Shown piece after piece: positions 54,106 through 61,300 of a stretch of 64,000 nucleotides of DNA. A program made the translations under genes and the position numbers. This DNA comes from Oceanispirochaeta sp. (GTDB lineage Bacteria > Spirochaetota > Spirochaetia > DSM-2461). The stretch lies in contig CAXXXD010000002.1 of the NCBI GenBank assembly GCA_963663385.2, positions 1,600,001 to 1,664,000 of the forward strand. The letters are read 5' to 3'. Numbering within the stretch: the stretch's first letter is position 1; each line of letters begins with the position of its first letter. Under the pieces are notes generated by a model. That model saw only the letters and a program-made list of their open reading frames with translations. It was not told where the DNA came from and ran no database searches.

Positions 54106-54408
54106 AAATCTCACTCCCTCCCCAAAAGGAGGAAACTTAACTGTTACTTCTTTTTCGGATATCTTTACAAAAATTTCAAGCCCTTGGAAAAGATTTTTTC
54201 TGGAATAAACCAAATCATTGTCCAAAATGCGGAAGCCGGGTACTCTGGGGCCATGGTTTTGTTTACCGCTACTTCAATGAATTTCCGGAAGCCCTTCTTC
54301 TCAAACGATACCGTTGTCCCTGCTGCGGAGCAGTGTACCAATAGAAATATCTGACTAGGCGATCCTGGGGCTGGTCGCAAACAAGTTTGCTGCTCGCCCA
54401 TGCAACCA

Positions 54409-54906
54409 GGGTGTTTCTATGGAATACAGGATCCGGAAACTCAATGAGTATATCCGGGCCCTGGTCACAGCTCCGCTGTTGCTCGGGTATGCGGCCGAGC
54501 TGGATGAACTATTATGGAATCTCCCAGTATTACAGCCCTCTTCAGAACCTAGATGATTGGCTCCGCAGGAGGATTCGCATGTGCTATTGGAAACAATGGC
54601 GTTATCCCAGAACAAAAGTCAGGAAACTGATGGAATTGGGTATCCCTAAAGATTTTGCAATTATTACAGGTGCCAGTAGTAAATCCTACTGGCATCTCTC
54701 CAAGTCATACGCTACCAATGCGGCGATGTCCAACAAATGGCTGGAAGAGCAAGGATTGGTCAATATCAAATACCTCTGGTGCAAAGCCCAGGGATATGTT
54801 TGATCAAATCAGGATTTTAGTTTGCTCCATGGAGTGAACCGCCCTGTGCGGACCCGCATGCAGGGTGGTGTGGGGGCTGGAGGTTAAAAGCCTCCGGCTA
54901 CCCGAT
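54409..54906 (+). mobile_element. Group IIC intron 3' fragment (maturase region plus DV-DVI), variant 2, carrying a 40-nt insertion
   Basis: GVSMEYRIRKLNEYIR / WMNYYGISQ...LVNIKYLWCKAQGYV*, then intact DV-DVI ending CCCGAT at 54906. Confidence 0.9.
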
Positions 54907-56600
54907 TTATGAAGGAGTTTTTTAATTATATCTAACTCCAAATATTTGTTCTGTACTTTACATTGTTTTCAAAAGTCCAACCACTTCAGTTACACGCGTG
55001 GAATGTCTGGAGGAAGCCGGAATGCAAAACCGGGAGCCCATGTACAAGAATGTGATAGAAGGCTCAGTTCCAGAGGCGAGTCAGCCAATGATGACGATGC
55101 CCCGTGGGTATGGAATAGGGTAAATCACAGGGTTGTCCGGGGACAGTGTACAGTCTTATTCGGGGAGATCTGTCTGCGGGGCGGTGATGTGTTCTTTTAA
55201 ACTGAGAATCCGGTAGGGAACCGGAAAACCAATCCCCGGCTTTTCAGAGGGTGACACTCTGGAAATGAGCAAGATTATCTTGAGTACAAATAAGTCGTCA
55301 CAGGTTTAAAAGCACGGTATAGCATCAACGGGAGCAATCTCGTTGATTAGCAGGCAGAAGTCAGCAGAAGGCATAGTAACCAACGCCCGGAGTAATGTCC
55401 GGTTCACGGTGAAGGCCTGAACATTTCACAAGGAGGAGCCTTATGGTTCTCAAAGGAACAATTTTAGCACTGGCCGAAATAACTTTTGGCGAATTATGGA
55501 GAAACCAGCCTTGAACGATTCTATGATGGATTTGATTTTATCATCTGAAAACATGCGTAAGGCCTGGAAACAGGTCAAACGCAATGGCGGCAGTCCGGGA
55601 GTCAATGGCATGACTATTGAGAAATTTCCGGAATATCTACGCAGAAGATGGAGTAAAATCAAGCAAGCTTTGCTTTTGGGGTACTATGTACCCTCTCCGG
55701 TGCTCAGGGTGGAAATCCCCAAGAGATCCGGAGGTATGCGAATGCTGGGTATTCCCACTATTTTAGACAGGGTTATCCAACAGGCTATTTCACAGGTTTT
55801 GAATCCTCTATTCGATTCGGATTTTTCGGAAAGCAGTTTTGGATTCAGGCCGGGAAGATCGGCTCACGGAGCAGTACGACAGGTAAATACCTATGTTAAA
55901 TCGGGATACAAGTATGCAGTTGATCTGGACTTGGAAAAGTTCTTTGATACGGTAAATCACGATATTCTGATGCATTGTGTGGCTAAGAAAGTCCGGGACA
56001 AATCAGTCCTGAAATTGATTGGCCGCTACCTGAGAGCCGGTATTATGGACAAGGATGGGATTAAAATCCCTACTGAAATCGGGACTCCTCAAGGAGGCCC
56101 GTTATCACCTCTACTTTCCAATATCCTTCTTGATAATTTCGATAAGGAGTTGGAACGGAGAAACCTGTGCTTTGCACGTTACGCAGATGATGCATTAATT
56201 GTATCAAAACGCCTGTGTGATGGAAAAGCTATATTGACTGAAATAAGTGATTATCTCAGTCGCAGGTTAAAATTGGTTGTAAACCAGAAGAAAAGCAAGG
56301 TGTGTAAAATCTCCGAATGCAGTTTTCTGGGATTCACTTTCAAGGGTAAGAAAATCCGATGGACTGAATCATCCTTTCGGGAGTTTCAATATCAGTTAAA
56401 GCATTTGACAAGACGGTCTTGGGGGGTATCAATGGAATATCGATTCCGGAAACTTAACGAGTATATCCGGGGGTGGATGAACTATTATGGTATTTCCCAA
56501 TATTACAGACCTCTACAATCAATGTAAGCGGTAATTCTCTCCATCTTGCGTGATTTCGAAATGATTATATACTCCATGAAAAATCATGGAGGAACCTAAT

Positions 56601-56882
56601 ATGACCAACTGGAATTGGCCTGAATTAATCGAAGAACAAAAACAGAGCGGGAAAACAATTTCTGAGTTCTGCGCAGATAAAGGAGTTCACTATACATCTT
56701 TCTACAAGAATCGAAAAAAATTAAAGAAAAGCAGTTTTATTGAAATCAAACAGAAAGCCCCGGTATTACAGCCACAAAACCCCACAATGATACTCAGATA
56801 CAAGGATTTCTCATTGGATCTGGCATCAGGTTATAACAGGCAATCCCTGATAGATCTTCTGAAGATTCTGAGAGAGTTGTAA
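56601..56882 (+). CDS. tnpA: IS66 accessory protein TnpA
   Basis: W..LIEEQ..SG.TI.EFC...G...SFY..RKK; GGAGG RBS before ATG 56601 (alternative start 56586). Confidence 0.85.
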   Translation: MTNWNWPELIEEQKQSGKTISEFCADKGVHYTSFYKNRKKLKKSSFIEIKQKAPVLQPQNPTMILRYKDFSLDLASGYNRQSLIDLLKILREL

Positions 56883-59215
56883 TGTTTGGTACGCCCGACA
56901 TGGCTGTACGCTAATGAGGTGAAAGTCCTCTACAGGTGCCCACGTATAGTGAACATGCTATACCAACTGTTAGCTGAAGGCAAGGGCATTTCCGCGAGGG
57001 AATGTCTGGAGGAAGCCGGAATGCAAAACCGGGAGCCCATGTACAAGAATGTGATAGAAGGCTCAGTTCCAGAGGCGAGTCAGCCAATGATGACGATGCC
57101 CCGTGGGTATGGAATAGGGTAAATCACAGGGTTGTCCGGGGACAGTGTACAGTCTTATTCGGGGAGATCTGTCTGCGGGGCGGTAATGTGTTCTTTTAAA
57201 CTGAGAATCCGGTAGGGAACCGGAAAACCAATCCCCGGCTTTTCAGAGGGTGACACTCTGGAAATGAGCAAGATTATCTTGAGTACAAATAAGTCGTCAC
57301 AGGTTTAAAAGCACGGTATAGCATCAACGGGAGCAATCTCGTTGATTAGCAGGCAGAAGTCAGCAGAAGGCATAGTAACCAACGCCCGGAGTAATGTCCG
57401 GTTCACGGTGAAGGCCTGAACATTTCACAAGGAGGAGCCTTATGGTTCTCAAAGGAACAATTTTAGCACTGGCCGAAATAACTTTTGGCGAATTATGGAG
57501 AAACCAGCCTTGAACGATTCTATGATGGATTTGATTTTATCATCTGAAAACATGCGTAAGGCCTGGAAACAGGTCAAACGCAATGGCGGCAGTCCGGGAG
57601 TCAATGGCATGACTATTGAGAAATTTCCGGAATATCTACGCAGAAGATGGAGTAAAATCAAGCAAGCTTTGCTTTTGGGGTACTATGTACCCTCTCCGGT
57701 GCTCAGGGTGGAAATCCCCAAGAGATCCGGAGGTATGCGAATGCTGGGTATTCCCACTATTTTAGACAGGGTTATCCAACAGGCTATTTCACAGGTTTTG
57801 AATCCTCTATTCGATTCGGATTTTTCGGAAAGCAGTTTTGGATTCAGGCCGGGAAGATCGGCTCACGGAGCAGTACGACAGGTAAATACCTATGTTAAAT
57901 CGGGATACAAGTATGCAGTTGATCTGGACTTGGAAAAGTTCTTTGATACGGTAAATCACGATATTCTGATGCATTGTGTGGCTAAGAAAGTCCGGGACAA
58001 ATCAGTCCTGAAATTGATTGGCCGCTACCTGAGAGCCGGTATTATGGACAAGGAGGGGATTAAAATCCCTACTGAAATCGGGACTCCTCAAGGAGGCCCG
58101 TTATCACCTCTACTTTCCAATATCCTTCTTGATAATTTCGATAAGGAGTTGGAACGGAGAAACCTGTGCTTTGCACGTTACGCAGATGATGCATTAATTG
58201 TATCAAAACGCCTGTGTGATGGAAAAGCTATATTGACTGAAATAAGTGATTATCTCAGTCGCAGGTTAAAATTGGTTGTAAACCAGAAGAAAAGCAAGGT
58301 GTGTAAAATCTCCGAATGCAGTTTTCTGGGATTCACTTTCAAGGGTAAGAAAATCCGATGGACTGAATCATCCTTTCGGGAGTTTCAATATCAGTTAAAG
58401 CATTTGACAAGACGGTCTTGGGGGGTATCAATGGAATATCGATTCCGGAAACTTAACGAGTATATCCGGGGGTGGATGAACTATTATGGTATTTCCCAAT
58501 ATTACAGACCTCTACAATCAATTGATGAATGGCTGAGAAGAAGAATCCGTATGTGCTACTGGAAACAGTGGCGTTACCCCAGAACAAAAGTCAGGAAACT
58601 GATGGAGCTGGGTATTCCGAAAGATTTTGCCATTATGACAGGAGCAAGTAGTAAGTCCTACTGGCATCTGTCAAAAGGCTATGCAACCAATGCCGCTATG
58701 TCCAATAAATGGTTGGAAGAGCAAGGATTGATCAATATTAAGGCCCTCTGGTGTAAAATCCAGGGCTACACATGATCAAATTATAGTTTCGTTTGCTCCA
58801 TGGAGTGAACCGCCCTGTGCGGACCCGCATGCAGGGTGGTGTGGGGGCTGGAGGTTAAAAGCCTCCGGCTACCCGATTTGACCTGAACGAATACCGGATC
58901 TTTCTGAGACCCGGCACGACAGACTTAAGAAAAGCGATCAACGGATTATCTCTGTTTATCCAGAATGAAATGAATCATGATTTATTCGCCAAATCGCTAT
59001 TCCTCTTTTGTAACCGGCAGAGAAAACTTCTGAAAATTGTCTACTGGGATAATACCGGTTTTTGTCTCTGGCAGAAGAGACTGGAAGAGAACAGATATCC
59101 CTGGCCGGAAACAGATGAAGATGCTAAAGAGATCAGCATGGATGAATTGAAAATGCTCCTGACGGGAATAGACTTTTTCAAAGCGCATAAAAAATTATCA
59201 TATTCCCGTATTTAG
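56882..59215 (+). CDS. tnpB: IS66 TnpB split by intron (exons 56882-56888 and 58878-59215; 114 aa spliced)
   Basis: Spliced sequence ATG TTT G|TT GAC gives MFVDLNEYRIFLRPGTTDLRKAINGL...LFLFCNR...KIVYWD.TGF.LW.KRLE, all in frame. Confidence 0.9.
56889..58877 (+). mobile_element. Full-length group IIC intron copy B (1989 nt)
   Basis: 5' GTACGCCCGACATGG; short DV with CGC triad (GAACCGCC); 3' CCCGAT; RT lacks an endonuclease domain. Confidence 0.93.
57495..58775 (+). CDS. ltrA: Group II intron reverse transcriptase/maturase (426 aa)
   Basis: R.LGIPT..DR.IQQA, SFGFRPGRS, DLEKFFD, GTPQGGPLSPLL, RYADD, FLGF, GWMNYY. Confidence 0.96.
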   Translation: MEKPALNDSMMDLILSSENMRKAWKQVKRNGGSPGVNGMTIEKFPEYLRRRWSKIKQALLLGYYVPSPVLRVEIPKRSGGMRMLGIPTILDRVIQQAISQVLNPLFDSDFSESSFGFRPGRSAHGAVRQVNTYVKSGYKYAVDLDLEKFFDTVNHDILMHCVAKKVRDKSVLKLIGRYLRAGIMDKEGIKIPTEIGTPQGGPLSPLLSNILLDNFDKELERRNLCFARYADDALIVSKRLCDGKAILTEISDYLSRRLKLVVNQKKSKVCKISECSFLGFTFKGKKIRWTESSFREFQYQLKHLTRRSWGVSMEYRFRKLNEYIRGWMNYYGISQYYRPLQSIDEWLRRRIRMCYWKQWRYPRTKVRKLMELGIPKDFAIMTGASSKSYWHLSKGYATNAAMSNKWLEEQGLINIKALWCKIQGYT

Positions 59216-59254
59216 AGATTTTATAATTATAGAAACTTTGATAGAATTCCCCGT

Positions 59255-60817
59255 ATGGAGAATGAAGAACAGCATTTAAGAGAACAACTTGATGCACAAA
59301 AAATAGAAATTGCTGAACTGAAAAGACTTAATGCCATTCTCCAGGAGCAAGTAGCAAAACTGAACCTCCTGCACTTTGGAACAAAATCAGAGAAGATAAC
59401 TGCCGAAGATAAGAAACAAGCTTCTCTCTTCAATGAAGCGGAAGATAGTGCTTTTGCTCAGAATGATGAAGAGCAGGAGAAAAATGTTATTGAAACGGTT
59501 GAGGTCGGTTCCTACAAGAAAAATATTAAAAAATCCGGCCGGAAACCTCTGCCGGCAGATCTGCCGAGAGAGATCGTGGAATATGATATTCCGGATAAAG
59601 ATAAGATCTGTGCCTGCGGAACAGAAAAGACCTGTATCGGTGAAGATGTTTCCGAGAGAGCAAAAATTATTCCGTCAAAAGTCGTTGTTATTCAGGAACG
59701 TAGAAAAAAGTACTCCTGCAAGAATTGTGAAGGGACGACTCTTGATGAAGCTGCTGTACAGACCGCAGAAGGAGCAAAGCATCTGGTCGCGGGCAGTATT
59801 GCCGATGAAAGCCTGCTCGCTTGGAGTATAAGCGAAAAGTTTGAGTTCGCTCTTCCTTTCTACAGGCAATCAAAACGGTTAAACCAGATAGGCATACCGA
59901 TCCCCCGGGCGACATTGAGCAATCTTACGATAAAATCGGCAACGGCATGTAAGCCTCTATATGATTTGCTGAAAGAAAACATTAAATCCGGTTCCATTAT
60001 TAATGCCGATGAGACGAGAGTTCAGGTTCTAAAGGAACCGAAACGAAAAGCTTCAGATAAATCATGGATGTGGGTCTTTCTCAGAGGAGATCCCGATAAA
60101 AAATGTGTCATATTTCAGTATGAGCAAGGCCGATCCCATGCAATTCCGTTGGATTTCTTGGAAAATTACTCTGGCTGGGTTCAAACTGATGATTTTGAGG
60201 CCTACCATACTGCCCGAAAAAAAGTTGATGGAGATATAAAGCATGTCTTATGCTGGGCCCATGCCAGAAGAAAGTTCTTCCAATATTGGGAATCAACCAA
60301 GAAAAAAGATGCAGAAGCAAAGCAAATTCTCGACCTGATAAAGGATCTGTTTGAACTGGAATCATTACGGGATAATTATTCGCTAAAAGGGTTTCATAAA
60401 CAGCGACAAAATAGAGCAGAACCGATACTAGATAAGTTACAGAAAAAACTGACGAAGCTTTATCCTCAAGTACCTCCTTCTTTAGAGTTCGGTAAGGCGA
60501 TGAAGTATACATTGAGCAACTGGGAGCAGTTGGTTCTATATCTGAAAAATCCTGTTTTGACTCCTTCGAACAATAGCGCTGAAAATGCAATCAGACCCTT
60601 CGTAATCGGGAGAAAAAACTGGCTTTTTGCCGGAAGCCCGAAAGGTGCTGAATCATCGGCAATTCTGTACAGTCTCGTTGAATCTGCGAAGATGAACAAT
60701 CTTCCAGTTTATGCTTACTTGTACTTTATCTTCCGGGAATTGCCCTGCTGTGAAAAACAGAGTGATTATGAAAAATTACTTCCCTATAATTTAACTGCTG
60801 AAGATATTGCAATCTGA
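59255..60817 (+). CDS. tnpC: IS66 DDE transposase TnpC
   Basis: FGTKSEK, zinc ribbon, ADET, CWAHARRKF, NN.AE.AIRP...GRKNWLF. Confidence 0.95.
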   Translation: MENEEQHLREQLDAQKIEIAELKRLNAILQEQVAKLNLLHFGTKSEKITAEDKKQASLFNEAEDSAFAQNDEEQEKNVIETVEVGSYKKNIKKSGRKPLPADLPREIVEYDIPDKDKICACGTEKTCIGEDVSERAKIIPSKVVVIQERRKKYSCKNCEGTTLDEAAVQTAEGAKHLVAGSIADESLLAWSISEKFEFALPFYRQSKRLNQIGIPIPRATLSNLTIKSATACKPLYDLLKENIKSGSIINADETRVQVLKEPKRKASDKSWMWVFLRGDPDKKCVIFQYEQGRSHAIPLDFLENYSGWVQTDDFEAYHTARKKVDGDIKHVLCWAHARRKFFQYWESTKKKDAEAKQILDLIKDLFELESLRDNYSLKGFHKQRQNRAEPILDKLQKKLTKLYPQVPPSLEFGKAMKYTLSNWEQLVLYLKNPVLTPSNNSAENAIRPFVIGRKNWLFAGSPKGAESSAILYSLVESAKMNNLPVYAYLYFIFRELPCCEKQSDYEKLLPYNLTAEDIAI

Positions 60818-61300
60818 TCCATCAGTCCTAAAATGCTGTCAATGTGGGAAGAATTACCGCTTACCAATCAATTGATGAATGGCTGAGAAGAAGAATCCGT
60901 ATGTGCTACTGGAAACAGTGGCGTTACCCCAGAACAAAAGTCAGGAAACTGATGGAGCTGGGTATTCCGAAAGATTTTGCCATTATGACAGGAGCAAGTA
61001 GTAAGTCCTACTGGCATCTGTCAAAAGGCTATGCAACCAATGCCGCTATGTCCAATAAATGGTTGGAAGAGCAAGGATTGATCAATATTAAGGCCCTCTG
61101 GTGTAAAATCCAGGGCTACACATGATCAAATTATAGTTTCGTTTGCTCCATGGAGTGAACCGCCCTGTGCGGACCCGCTTGCAGGGTGGTGTGGGGGCTG
61201 GAGGTTAAAAGCCTCCGGCTACCCGATTTATACGGCCCGCATTTTACCAACATCTTCCGCGCCCCCGCCGAAGCACAGGACGTGCGGAGGTGGATTTCTT

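Larger units (their letters stand above)
56524..60864 (+). mobile_element. Complete IS66-family element carrying a group II intron
   Basis: Terminal IRs GTAAGCGGTAATTCT at both ends; 8-bp direct repeat CAATCAAT at 56516-56523 and 60865-60872; tnpA-tnpB-tnpC gene order. Confidence 0.95.
55496..61125 (+). pseudogene. ltrA: Intron-encoded RT/maturase split by IS66 (55496-56523 plus 60873-61125)
   Basis: Joining across the IS and removing one CAATCAAT restores ...YRPLQSIDEWLRR..., as in the 426-aa copy. Confidence 0.93.
55000..61227 (+). mobile_element. Group IIC intron copy A: lacks about 110 nt at the 5' end and is interrupted by IS66
   Basis: 55000-56523 and 60865-61227 are near-identical to copy B; ends CCCGAT at 61227. 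Confidence 0.93.

Noticed and set aside
52014..54999. Calling a bona fide integron
   Set aside because: No integron integrase, attI or complete attC is visible, so it is reported only as a hypothesis.
54946..57199. Short ORFs 54946-55200, 56886-57122 and 57002-57199
   Set aside because: They overlap intron ribozyme domain I, which is structured RNA rather than coding sequence.
57495..58775. RT as retron, DGR or defence-associated RT
   Set aside because: It lies inside a complete IIC ribozyme and has a maturase domain; no msr/msd, TR/VR pair or Avd gene was seen.
50881..60864. Composite transposon bounded by the two inverted IS66 copies
   Set aside because: The right copy has its own 8-bp duplication, the left copy is diverged and truncated, and the outer flanks (CTTCTTTT and CAATCAAT) do not match.
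60844..61125. 93-aa ORF as an independent gene
   Set aside because: It is the RT C-terminus of intron A, read from a chance ATG in the IS66 right end.
51938..61227. Five copies of an approximately 80-nt repeat as a CRISPR array or a standalone ncRNA family
   Set aside because: The repeats are group II intron domains V-VI with irregular kb-scale spacing, and there are no cas genes.
55000..61227. Nested duplication as a pure assembly artefact
   Set aside because: The exact target duplication, in-frame tnpB reconstruction and small differences between copies argue it is real, although read support is still needed.
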